Source of the DNA: Lachnospiraceae bacterium
GTDB lineage: Bacteria > Bacillota > Clostridia > Lachnospirales > Lachnospiraceae
Assembly (NCBI GenBank): GCA_045627085.1
Contig: JAZQNB010000023.1
Span: 14,591-78,590 of the forward strand
DNA length: 64,000 nt
Direction: 5' to 3'
The notes under the pieces were generated by a model. That model had not been told where the DNA came from and ran no database searches. It saw only the letters and a program-made list of their open reading frames with translations. Shown here one piece after another: positions 28,108 through 37,440 of the stretch; the stretch's first letter is position 1, and the number at the start of each line of letters is the position of its first letter. The translations under genes and the position numbers were made by a program.

Positions 28108-29949
28108 ATGAAAATACAAACACACAGTAAGACAAACAGAATAAAGCACGGCATGAAGTTAAATCGGAAATTTTCATTGGTAATGCTTTTGCTGGTTTTG
28201 GTTCCAACAGTGATATTTATAGCATTTATCTATGGAAGCATGGTGAAAAACACCATTGAGGAGAATACCGCCACGTTTAATTATTATGTAAACAGAAGCT
28301 ATGATGAGATACTCAAAAAGGTTGAAATTGTCAATGCAGCCAGAGACTATGCGCTTACGGATTCAAACCTCTTAGGATTAATAAAGTTTGCGTATAATGA
28401 TATAGAGTATTTTGATTCTTCCGTGTCACATTTCTATACTGAAAACATGGTTTCGTTACAGCGAATGGTTGAATCAAATCCCGATATTTACAAACTGAGG
28501 GTATATTTTAACAGTCAGACAATTACCGAAATGGAGCCGATTGTTTATAACCATGACACGCTGACCATACTGCCGTGGTACAAGGAAAAAAACGAAGATT
28601 TTTGGACCTTTAATTATATTGATACTAATACAAAGTCAACCCTGCTCAATGCATCACAACGAAATGTGGCACATATTACGCCTTTAATCAAAGAGGGTAT
28701 TGTGGTCGGATACATGGAGGTTGCTACTACCATGAATACCATGTTCCCCGACATATATTCCACAGATGACAAAATGGTACTGTTTTTTAAGGCAAATGAC
28801 GGACATTATTACTGCTCCGATCAAAACAGATATTTTGTCAAAAAACTGAGGACCTTTCTTGAAGAGGATGAAAACTGGAACTGGTTTGAAGACAAGGCTC
28901 CCTTTACTCCGGACTATGAAGATGAAGTGCTGGTGACCACGAAATACATACCGGAACTGGACGGAAGTATTGTCGGTGTTTACAAAATGGAGGAGGCGCT
29001 TGGACGACTTAAGGCAAATCGTAACATGTATCTGATGGTGATGCTGATAATTGCAGTGATTCTGGCATGGTCCATAAACTATATTGTGTATGGATTGCTC
29101 AGACAGTTTTACACTATTCTTAAATCCATCAGAGAGGTTCAGAAAGGAAATTTGGATGTCAGAATTGAAGGTCTGAAGAACGATGAAGTAGGAGAGCTTG
29201 GCGAACAGATTAACAAAATGCTAGACAGAATCACCCTGCTTTTACAGGAAAATGTGACCAGAGAGCGACTTGCGAAAAATTCCGAGATCAGGGTGTTACA
29301 GAATCAGATTAATGCACATTTTATTTATAATGTACTTGAATCCATCAAAATGATGGCAGAGATAGATGAAAAATACGATATTTCAGATGCTGTCACTTCA
29401 CTCGGAAGACTGCTTCGCTACAGCATGCATTGGACCAGTGCAACCGTCACCGTAGAGGAAGAACTGGAATATGTTAAAAACTATCTTGCCCTGATTAATC
29501 TAAGATTTGATTATGAGATATATCTTTCACTGAATATAAAGGATATTGTGTTAAAGCAGGAGATTCCCAAAATGAGTCTTCAACCCATAGTGGAGAATGC
29601 AATATATCATGGAATTGAGCAGATAGCTGAGGATACCAATATCTATGTAAAGGGAAAGGTTGAAAACAGGAAGGTATTTATAGAAATAACAGATGCCGGA
29701 AAAGGAATGAGCGAAGAGCAGATAGCTGAGCTCATGAAAAAAATAAATGGCGAGTTAAACGCTGATGAGATTGAAAGAAAAAACATTTCGCGCGAGGGCG
29801 GCGGAAACGGAATAGGCCTAAAGAACGTTCAGGACAGAATCCACATGAACTTTGGTGAAGAATACGGACTTACCATTAATTCTAAACCAGGACTGTATAC
29901 GAAGGTAGAAATATGCGTTCCACAGACTTATTTTGAAAGTAATGATTAA
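28108..29949 (+). CDS. Sensor histidine kinase, YesM/LytS-type (two TM segments, extracellular sensor domain, HAMP, His_kinase, HATPase)
   Basis: 'QINAHFIYNVLESIK' H-box of the PF06580-type kinases. HAMP-like 'IREVQKGNLDVRIE', ATPase 'GNGIGLKNV'. ATG 28153 is an alternative start. Confidence 0.85.
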   Translation: MKIQTHSKTNRIKHGMKLNRKFSLVMLLLVLVPTVIFIAFIYGSMVKNTIEENTATFNYYVNRSYDEILKKVEIVNAARDYALTDSNLLGLIKFAYNDIEYFDSSVSHFYTENMVSLQRMVESNPDIYKLRVYFNSQTITEMEPIVYNHDTLTILPWYKEKNEDFWTFNYIDTNTKSTLLNASQRNVAHITPLIKEGIVVGYMEVATTMNTMFPDIYSTDDKMVLFFKANDGHYYCSDQNRYFVKKLRTFLEEDENWNWFEDKAPFTPDYEDEVLVTTKYIPELDGSIVGVYKMEEALGRLKANRNMYLMVMLIIAVILAWSINYIVYGLLRQFYTILKSIREVQKGNLDVRIEGLKNDEVGELGEQINKMLDRITLLLQENVTRERLAKNSEIRVLQNQINAHFIYNVLESIKMMAEIDEKYDISDAVTSLGRLLRYSMHWTSATVTVEEELEYVKNYLALINLRFDYEIYLSLNIKDIVLKQEIPKMSLQPIVENAIYHGIEQIAEDTNIYVKGKVENRKVFIEITDAGKGMSEEQIAELMKKINGELNADEIERKNISREGGGNGIGLKNVQDRIHMNFGEEYGLTINSKPGLYTKVEICVPQTYFESND

Positions 29950-29963
29950 AGGAAGGCTTTACT

Positions 29964-31415
29964 ATGCATACGTTGTTGATTGTTGAAGATGAAAAAATGA
30001 TACGTCAGGGAATCAAAGCCATGATTCAGAGAAGCGGCGTTGAAATTGATACCATTTTGGAATGTGGAAACGGTGAAATGGCTCTTGATATTCTTAAAAG
30101 TCAGGAAGTAGATGTAATGTTTACAGACATTCGAATGCCCAAGATGGATGGTATTACGCTTGTAAAGGAAATGCAAAAGCTTCCGCACAAACCCTTAACC
30201 GTGGCTGTAAGCGGATATGATGAGTTTTCTTATGCTGTGGAAATGCTTAGAGCGGGGGTCAGGGAGTACATTTTAAAACCTGTCGACAGGGAAAAAATTA
30301 AAAGTGTTTTGCAGTCCCTGGACAGTGAATTAAATCAAAAAGCGGAAAAGAGTGAAAACACTAAAACCATTGGTTGCCAGCAGATAAAGCACCTGCTCTA
30401 CGATGACAATGTCAGCGATTCAGAAATGGCGGCTATTATCAGTGAATATGGGGACACGTTTTTCTCAGACGGATATTATGTGGTATGTCTTGATAACAGA
30501 AACGGAGAGATGTCTGCTGATGAGGAACATGTATATGTCAACAATTTAGATGATTTTGAAGCCTATGTATTAAAGGCCGATGTACTCAATAAATATAAGC
30601 TACAGGAATGGCGCACCAGATATATCGGTATCAGTAGACTTCACAAGGATTTTATAGAAATAAAAGATGCATATAAAGAGGCAAGGATTGCGAGAATTGA
30701 AGCCTTCTGGCAGGAAAAATACAAAATAGACTTTGATGAGCTAAGCTATTATGTCAAATTTCAGGAAAAGCTATCCTCTGACCCAATGAGCTCATATCTT
30801 CAGATGCTTGGCACCGACAAGGCTGAGACTGCCCTAAAGAATATCAGAAGCATATTCTGGAATGCCAGAAGAGATAAAGAACATTTTCATCTTGATGAGC
30901 AGCTTGATGAATTCATGACATCACTTGGAGAAATATATGAAGCGGTGGTCAAAACCGAAACCGACAGCTTAGAGCGATTTAAGCATCTGTATGCCTTCAA
31001 GAATATCGCCATGTATGAAATAGAATTTATGGGATGGCTCGATAGCTTTGTAAATTCCTTAAATCATCAATTCGACGATTATAAGAACAAGCAGAAAATC
31101 CAACAGGCTGTTATGTATGTTCGTGAGAATTTTGATAAGGATTTGAACATGGCGGTGGTTTCAAATCATATTTCCATGAACTATTCTCTGTTTTCGTATG
31201 CTTTCAAGCAATATACGGGGACCAATTTCGTGGCGTATCTAAAGGATATACGTATGGAAAAGGCGAAGGAGCTGCTTGAGAATACGGATATGAGGATAAT
31301 AGAAATCAGTCAGAAGGTCGGCTATGAAAACGAAAAGCATTTTATGAAAATATTTAAAACTTCATTCGGCGTAAGCCCTACGGAGTATAGAAAGAATATG
31401 TCATTTAAAGCCTGA
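29964..31415 (+). CDS. Response regulator with AraC-type HTH output (YesN-like)
   Basis: REC 'LLIVEDEKMIRQG..DVMFTDIRMPKMDG'. C-terminal AraC HTH '..FKQYTGTNFVAYLKDIRMEKAKELL..'. Confidence 0.9.
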   Translation: MHTLLIVEDEKMIRQGIKAMIQRSGVEIDTILECGNGEMALDILKSQEVDVMFTDIRMPKMDGITLVKEMQKLPHKPLTVAVSGYDEFSYAVEMLRAGVREYILKPVDREKIKSVLQSLDSELNQKAEKSENTKTIGCQQIKHLLYDDNVSDSEMAAIISEYGDTFFSDGYYVVCLDNRNGEMSADEEHVYVNNLDDFEAYVLKADVLNKYKLQEWRTRYIGISRLHKDFIEIKDAYKEARIARIEAFWQEKYKIDFDELSYYVKFQEKLSSDPMSSYLQMLGTDKAETALKNIRSIFWNARRDKEHFHLDEQLDEFMTSLGEIYEAVVKTETDSLERFKHLYAFKNIAMYEIEFMGWLDSFVNSLNHQFDDYKNKQKIQQAVMYVRENFDKDLNMAVVSNHISMNYSLFSYAFKQYTGTNFVAYLKDIRMEKAKELLENTDMRIIEISQKVGYENEKHFMKIFKTSFGVSPTEYRKNMSFKA

Positions 31416-31462
31416 ATGTGATAAAATATTAGCAGGTATTGGGGAGACGAAAGGCGTTTGTT

Positions 31463-33382
31463 ATGTCAAGGGTACACAGAATAGCAGTGTTTATTTCTCA
31501 TATTTATGGTGATTATCAGCGCGATGTTTGCCAGGGTATTATTGATAAGGCCACGGAATACGGTTATCACGTTGATATATTCGCTTCAAACGACGAAGTT
31601 GTATTGGGCAAATATTCTACAGGTGAGTTTTCAATCCTAAAGATACCCAATAAGGAGATATACGACGGAGCGTTAGTCAGCTCCGGCACGTATCTGGTAA
31701 GTGAACTGGGTCGAAAGATAGTTGACGAGCTTAAAACCTGGAACTGTCCGGTTATAGATATCAATTCCATAGAGACACCTTTTCCACAGGTACGTTTGGA
31801 CAATAATGAAGCTATTGTAGATATAATTAAGCATTTAGCCATGGAGCATCATTTTGACCGAATCTGCTATCTTGGAAATTCAGTGGAGGAATATATCTCA
31901 AATATCCGACTTAATTTCTACAAAAAAGCCATGATAGAGCTTGATTTTAAGGACAAAATATTATTTACCGAGTCCGATTATTCAGATGAAGGAATACGAG
32001 ATGCACTTGATAAGCTGTTGATTTATGATCCACAGGCTATAGTATGCTACAATGACCGTATGGCCTACACTGTTATGAGCGAGATGGCCTCGAAGGGAAT
32101 CAATATTCCAAAGCGTGTGGCCGTAACGGGCGTAGATAATCTGGAGTACGGACAGAACATATCTCCCGCACTTACAACTATTACGTTCCCCGCCTATGAA
32201 ATGGGAGAAGAGGCTTTTATGTATCTTCTCGAAAAGCTCGATGATATTAAGAGCGACAGGACACCGATGGTTAAGGCAATACCTAAATTTGGAAATTCCT
32301 GCGGCTGTAACAATGCGGAAAGCATTCCGCCCATATTGTTTAGCAACAAGCAGAGAAAGCACATAGAAGCGCTTGAAAGGATATGCCTTACCAATATGAG
32401 AATGTCCTCTTCGCTTCAGGGACTTACCGATATTGATGAAGGAGTTGAGGTTCTTTCCAAGTTTTTGGGGAATATTCAAAAGGAACAGGGAATTGAAGGA
32501 CTTCGTGAATGCTATATGTGCCTTTATTCCGGATGGGACAGGATATCCTCACAGGTTAAGAGACTTACTCAGACAGAGGAAGAGCTTGATAACGACAAAA
32601 TTGTACTTAAGTTGGCCATAAAGGATAATGTGAGACTGCCGGAATGTATTTTTTCACGCACTGACGCATTGCCTGAATTTATACGGAAAAACGGAAGCAG
32701 TGTGTATGTGTTTACACCTTTGTTCTTTGGCGAAAAGTCATACGGGTATTTGTGTCAGGCATATGAAAAAAACAGGATATCTTATCCGTTCCCGTTTGTG
32801 ACATGGCTTCAGAACGTTAATGCCATGCTTCAATCCGTTCGAAATAATCGAAACATGCAGCTGATGCTTAATCGTTTGGAGGATATTTACAGCCATGATT
32901 CCCTGACCGGACTTCTTAATCTGCAGCGGTTTACGATGAATATACCCGGATTCTTAGACCGGGCAAGGGAAAGGGGCCTGTTAGTTACGGCCTTAGTGCT
33001 TGACCTTGACCATTTAAAGAAAATCAATGACGAATTCGGGCATGCGGAAGGAAACTTTGCCATTCAGGTACTTGGACAGGCTATCAGCCAGGTGTTGTCC
33101 GATGATTTGCAGGCATGCAGGTTTGGCGGAGATGAATTCTATATGATGGCGGCAGGACTTTCCGAAGAAGAATCCCTAAATGTGATTCGAAGAATTCAGA
33201 AATATTTGGAGAATTATAACAACACTTCGGGACAGCCTTTTAAGGTCAGTGTTTCAGGCGGATATGCAATATGTGAAACCTATGATGAAGAAGACTTTAA
33301 CGATACATTTAAGAAGGCTGACAAGAGCATGTATTTGAACAAACGTTTAAAACGTGAGCAGACAATAAATGACAAAATCTGA
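31463..33382 (+). CDS. Cytoplasmic LacI/RbsB-type sugar-binding domain (no HTH) fused to a GGDEF diguanylate cyclase domain
   Basis: N-terminus 'RIAVFISHIYGDYQRDVCQGIIDKATEYGY..AIVCYNDRMAYTVM..PKRVAVTGVDN' is Peripla_BP-like. C-terminus 'DSLTGLLN..LDLDHLKKINDEFGHAEGN..RFGGDEFYMM' is an intact GGDEF. No TM segment or signal peptide. The ORF opens at TTG 31439; ATG 31463 is preferred. Confidence 0.8.
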   Translation: MSRVHRIAVFISHIYGDYQRDVCQGIIDKATEYGYHVDIFASNDEVVLGKYSTGEFSILKIPNKEIYDGALVSSGTYLVSELGRKIVDELKTWNCPVIDINSIETPFPQVRLDNNEAIVDIIKHLAMEHHFDRICYLGNSVEEYISNIRLNFYKKAMIELDFKDKILFTESDYSDEGIRDALDKLLIYDPQAIVCYNDRMAYTVMSEMASKGINIPKRVAVTGVDNLEYGQNISPALTTITFPAYEMGEEAFMYLLEKLDDIKSDRTPMVKAIPKFGNSCGCNNAESIPPILFSNKQRKHIEALERICLTNMRMSSSLQGLTDIDEGVEVLSKFLGNIQKEQGIEGLRECYMCLYSGWDRISSQVKRLTQTEEELDNDKIVLKLAIKDNVRLPECIFSRTDALPEFIRKNGSSVYVFTPLFFGEKSYGYLCQAYEKNRISYPFPFVTWLQNVNAMLQSVRNNRNMQLMLNRLEDIYSHDSLTGLLNLQRFTMNIPGFLDRARERGLLVTALVLDLDHLKKINDEFGHAEGNFAIQVLGQAISQVLSDDLQACRFGGDEFYMMAAGLSEEESLNVIRRIQKYLENYNNTSGQPFKVSVSGGYAICETYDEEDFNDTFKKADKSMYLNKRLKREQTINDKI

Positions 33383-33493
33383 CATACATTACACTTATTA
33401 ACGAATCGGATATTTGGTAAAATCAAGCTGTATGAGCATGACATATGCACATACAGCTTTTTGTTTACTATAAAAGAAATGGGGGCAATAAAG

Positions 33494-35887
33494 GTGCAAT
33501 ACGGACATTTTGATAATGAAAAAAGAGAATATGTTATAGACAGAGTGGATATACCCACCTCCTGGACCAACTATCTTGGAGTAGAGAATACCTGTGTGGT
33601 TATCAATCATACGGCAGGCGGGTATATGTTTTATAAAACCCCCGAATATCACCGTGTGACAAGATTTCGTGCCAATTCGGTTCCTATGGACAGGCCCGGA
33701 CATTACGTATATATAAGAGATAACGATACCGCTGACTACTTCTCAATATCCTGGCAACCTGTAGGCAAGCCTTTGGACAGGGCAAAGTATACATGCAGAC
33801 ATGGAATGAGCTATACAGTATACGAGTGTGAATACGACGGACTTAAATGCTCACAAAAGATGTCTGTACCTCTTTCAGACGATGTTGAGCTTTGGGATGT
33901 AAGGGTAAGGAATAATGGCACGAAGGAAAGAAATCTTGGTATTTTTTCTTATGCAGAGCTTTCCTTCCACCATGTAATGATTGACAATCAGAATTTCCAA
34001 ATGAGCATGTACTGTGCCGGCTCTTCCTATGAGGATGGCATAATTGAAGAAGATTTGTTTTATGAGCAATTTGGCTTTCAGTATTTTGCATCCAGCTTTG
34101 AACCCGACAGCTTTGACTGCTTAAGGGATAAATTCATCGGTTCGTATCATACCGAAGACAACCCAATTGCTGTGGAAAACGGCAGATGCTCGGGTTCATA
34201 CGAGCTTGGCAACAACCATTGTGCGTCCCTTCATAAAAGCTTTATCTTAAAGCCGGGCGAAGAGGTAAGATTTATCTTTATGCTTGGCGAGGGAAATCGT
34301 GATAAAGGCCGAATAGCAAAAGCGAAGTATTCGAATTTTGAACAGGTTGATGCCTGCTATGAAGCGCTTGCCAAATTCTGGCAGGATAAATTTGATAAAT
34401 TACAGATTAATACACCTAATGAGGGCATGAATACATTGATAAATACTTGGACCTTGTATCAATCGGAAATCAATGTAATGTTTTCCAGATTTGCTTCGTT
34501 TATCGAGGTAGGTGGACGAGTCGGACTGGGGTATAGGGATACTGCACAGGATGCGATGACTGTACCACATTCCAATCCCGAAAAATGCAGGCTTCGAATT
34601 GTTCAATTACTCAAAGGTCTTACAAGCTTTGGATACGGACTTCATTTGTTCCAGCCGGAATGGTTTGAACCTGACGAATCCGTCAAACCCTTCAAATCAC
34701 CGACTGTTATTCCTGAGCCTGACAAGGATTCCATGATTCATGGAATTAAAGATGCATGCTCTGACGATGCCCTGTGGTTGATTCCTACCATTGTTGAATA
34801 CATAAAAGAAACAGGAGAGTTTTCCTTTGCAGATTTGCCGGTGACATATGCCGATAAGGGTGAGGATACCGTTTATGACCATATGAAAACCATTCTTGAT
34901 TTTTCTACGAAGCAGGTCGGAGCAACCGGAATATGCAAGGGACTTCGTGCTGACTGGAATGACTGTTTAAATCTTGGCGGAGGAGAGAGTGCGCTTGTTT
35001 CTTTCCTTCACTACTTCGCACTGGTTAATTTTATTGAACTGGCTTCCTACTTGGGACGTGAAGCTGATGTTATCAGGTACAGTGCAGTACGTGACCGTGT
35101 TAAAGAGGTATGCGATAAAGAGCTATGGGATGGCGAGTGGTACATCAGAGGAATTACCAAAAACGGCAAAAAGATAGGAACTCAAAAGGACAAGGAAGGA
35201 AAGGTTCATTTGGAATCTAATTCCTGGGCTGTTTTATCAGGTGCCGCAGATTATGAAAAAGGCATTAAGGCGATGGACAGCGTTGATAAATATCTGTATA
35301 CGCCATATGGAATTATGCTGAATGCACCCTCCTATACAAAGCCTGATGATGATATTGGATTTGTGACCAGAGTATATCCGGGACTTAAGGAAAACGGTTC
35401 TGTTTTCTCACATCCGAATCCTTGGGCATGGGCAGCGGAATGTAAATTAGGTCGCGGTGACCGGGCAATGAAATTTTATAATGCACTCTGCCCGTATTAT
35501 CAGAATGACAAAATAGAAATTCGTGAAGCTGAGCCTTATTCATACTGTCAGTTTATTATGGGAAAGGACCACACAGCTTTCGGCCGTGCGCGTCATCCGT
35601 TTATGACGGGCTCCGGCGGGTGGTCATATTTTGCAGCCACCCGATACATGCTGGGAATCAGACCTGAGTTTAATACACTTACAATTGACCCCTGTGTACC
35701 TGCAGATTGGAATGAATTCAGCGCAGTGCGTGAATGGAGAGGTGCTAAGTATAATATAACCGTAATTAATCCAGACAAAGTAATGAAGGGTGTTAAGGAA
35801 ATCTTTGTTGATGATATCAGGGTTAAAGAGATACCTGCTTATCCTGCAGGAGAATCGCACAACATCAGGGTTGTAATGGGAAAATAG
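33494..35887 (+). CDS. GH94 disaccharide phosphorylase (cellobiose / N,N'-diacetylchitobiose phosphorylase type)
   Basis: N-terminus 'VQYGHFDNEKREYVIDRVDIPTSWTNYLG' matches the canonical 'M(K/R)(F/Y)G.FDD..REYVI..P.TP.PW.NYLG' start of cellobiose phosphorylases. Catalytic 'GLRADWNDCLNLGG'. ~800 aa. GTG 33494 follows GGGGG; ATG 33479 or 33461 are alternatives. Confidence 0.85.
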   Translation: MQYGHFDNEKREYVIDRVDIPTSWTNYLGVENTCVVINHTAGGYMFYKTPEYHRVTRFRANSVPMDRPGHYVYIRDNDTADYFSISWQPVGKPLDRAKYTCRHGMSYTVYECEYDGLKCSQKMSVPLSDDVELWDVRVRNNGTKERNLGIFSYAELSFHHVMIDNQNFQMSMYCAGSSYEDGIIEEDLFYEQFGFQYFASSFEPDSFDCLRDKFIGSYHTEDNPIAVENGRCSGSYELGNNHCASLHKSFILKPGEEVRFIFMLGEGNRDKGRIAKAKYSNFEQVDACYEALAKFWQDKFDKLQINTPNEGMNTLINTWTLYQSEINVMFSRFASFIEVGGRVGLGYRDTAQDAMTVPHSNPEKCRLRIVQLLKGLTSFGYGLHLFQPEWFEPDESVKPFKSPTVIPEPDKDSMIHGIKDACSDDALWLIPTIVEYIKETGEFSFADLPVTYADKGEDTVYDHMKTILDFSTKQVGATGICKGLRADWNDCLNLGGGESALVSFLHYFALVNFIELASYLGREADVIRYSAVRDRVKEVCDKELWDGEWYIRGITKNGKKIGTQKDKEGKVHLESNSWAVLSGAADYEKGIKAMDSVDKYLYTPYGIMLNAPSYTKPDDDIGFVTRVYPGLKENGSVFSHPNPWAWAAECKLGRGDRAMKFYNALCPYYQNDKIEIREAEPYSYCQFIMGKDHTAFGRARHPFMTGSGGWSYFAATRYMLGIRPEFNTLTIDPCVPADWNEFSAVREWRGAKYNITVINPDKVMKGVKEIFVDDIRVKEIPAYPAGESHNIRVVMGK

Positions 35888-35917
35888 CATAAATAATATA
35901 TGGAAAGGACAAATAAT

Positions 35918-37333
35918 ATGGTAAAATTCGGTACCGGCGGCTGGAGAGCCGTCATAGGCGATGATTTTACAAAAGCTAATATTCAGCTATTGGCGAAGGC
36001 CCTTGCCGATAAGATGATATCCGAGGGCGTAACAAAACAAATAGTAATAGGTTATGATAAACGATACCTTTCAAAGGAAGCAATGCAGTGGGCAGCACAA
36101 ACGCTTGCATTCAATGGGATAAAATGTTATCTGGTGAATAAATCTGCACCGACACCTTTGGTAATGTATTACACCATGGTTCATGAATTCGATTATGGCA
36201 TGATGATTACTGCCAGCCATAATCCGGCTCTTTATAACGGAATTAAGGTGTTTACTAAGGGCGGACGCGATGCGGATGAAAAACAGACGGCTGATTTGGA
36301 GAAATTCATTGCAAGGCTTGACACCAAAGACGTGAGAGAACTTGAATATGAGGATGCATTGGATAAAGGACTTATCGAAGAGATTTATCCTTTGAACGAT
36401 TATATCGATGCAATTTTGAATGCGGTGGACACCAAGGCTATAAGAAATGCAAATCTGCGTGTAGCAATAGACCCCATGTATGGCGTAAGCGAAACCTCCT
36501 TAAAGACAATTCTTTTGACAACAAGATGTGATGTTTATACCATTCATGACAGACACGATACATTGTTTGGAGGAAAGCTTCCGGCCCCCAATGCTACCAC
36601 ACTTAGGGCTTTGCAGAATTGTGTACTTGATAACGGCTGTGATATCGGACTTGCCACAGACGGCGATGCCGACAGAATCGGTGTAATTGATGATACGGGA
36701 CGTTTCCTTCATCCGAATGATATTTTGGTGCTGCTATATTACTATCTCGTCAGGTTTAAAGGCTGGCACGGACCTGTTGTCAGAAACCTTACAACAACAC
36801 ATATGCTCGATAAGGTAGCGGAAAAATTCGGTGAGAAATGTTATGAGGTACCTGTGGGCTTTAAATGGGTTTCCTCAAAGATGACAGAAACAAATGCCAT
36901 TATAGGTGGTGAATCCTCAGGAGGCTTGACCGTAAAGGGCCATATCAACGGAAAAGACGGAGTATATGCGGCAGCATTACTTGTTGAAATGATAGCCGTG
37001 ACCGGCAAAAAGATTTCTGAGATATATAAGGATATTGAAAATGAATGTGGTTCCATATTTATGGAGGAAAGAGATTATCGTTTTACTTATGAAAAGAAAG
37101 CAGCAATTAATAAAGCTTTGATGGAAGAGAAGAAGACCCCATCACTTCCCTTCGAAATTGACCATATTTCTTATATGGACGGATGCAAGATTTATTTTGC
37201 AAACGGTGGTTGGATAAGCGCCAGATTTTCAGGTACTGAACCATTGCTGCGTATTTTCTGCGAGATGCCCGAGCCAAAGGATGCTACTCTAGCAAGCGAT
37301 ATTTTTGAGACATTCCTTGAACTGAAACAATAA
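35918..37333 (+). CDS. Phosphohexomutase (PGM/PMM family; possibly acts on the sugar-1-P released by the GH94 enzyme)
   Basis: 'TASHNPALYNGIKV', 'ATDGDADRIGVID', 'GGESSGG', 'RFSGTEPLLRIF'. The ORF opens at ATG 35900; ATG 35918 is better spaced from GGAAAGGA. Confidence 0.85.
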   Translation: MVKFGTGGWRAVIGDDFTKANIQLLAKALADKMISEGVTKQIVIGYDKRYLSKEAMQWAAQTLAFNGIKCYLVNKSAPTPLVMYYTMVHEFDYGMMITASHNPALYNGIKVFTKGGRDADEKQTADLEKFIARLDTKDVRELEYEDALDKGLIEEIYPLNDYIDAILNAVDTKAIRNANLRVAIDPMYGVSETSLKTILLTTRCDVYTIHDRHDTLFGGKLPAPNATTLRALQNCVLDNGCDIGLATDGDADRIGVIDDTGRFLHPNDILVLLYYYLVRFKGWHGPVVRNLTTTHMLDKVAEKFGEKCYEVPVGFKWVSSKMTETNAIIGGESSGGLTVKGHINGKDGVYAAALLVEMIAVTGKKISEIYKDIENECGSIFMEERDYRFTYEKKAAINKALMEEKKTPSLPFEIDHISYMDGCKIYFANGGWISARFSGTEPLLRIFCEMPEPKDATLASDIFETFLELKQ

Positions 37334-37379
37334 CTATACTTTTTATAATATGATTGTTTTATAAAAAAGTATAAATTAG

Positions 37380-37420
37380 GGCTCTGAAGTGGTAAAATTA
37401 CTTCAGAGCCTTCGTTTGTT
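37380..37420 (+). terminator. Rho-independent terminator after the mutase gene
   Basis: ggctctgaagt / acttcagagcc form an 11-bp perfect stem with a 9-nt loop, followed by ttcgtttgtt. A second AT-rich hairpin lies just upstream (37335-37375). Confidence 0.65.
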
Positions 37421-37440
37421 ATGATGGGGAGTCCTTTTCG

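Noticed and set aside
33398-33703. 101-aa minus-strand ORF at the GH94 gene start
   Set aside because: It is antisense to the highly conserved GH94 N-terminus and the intergenic region, with no support.
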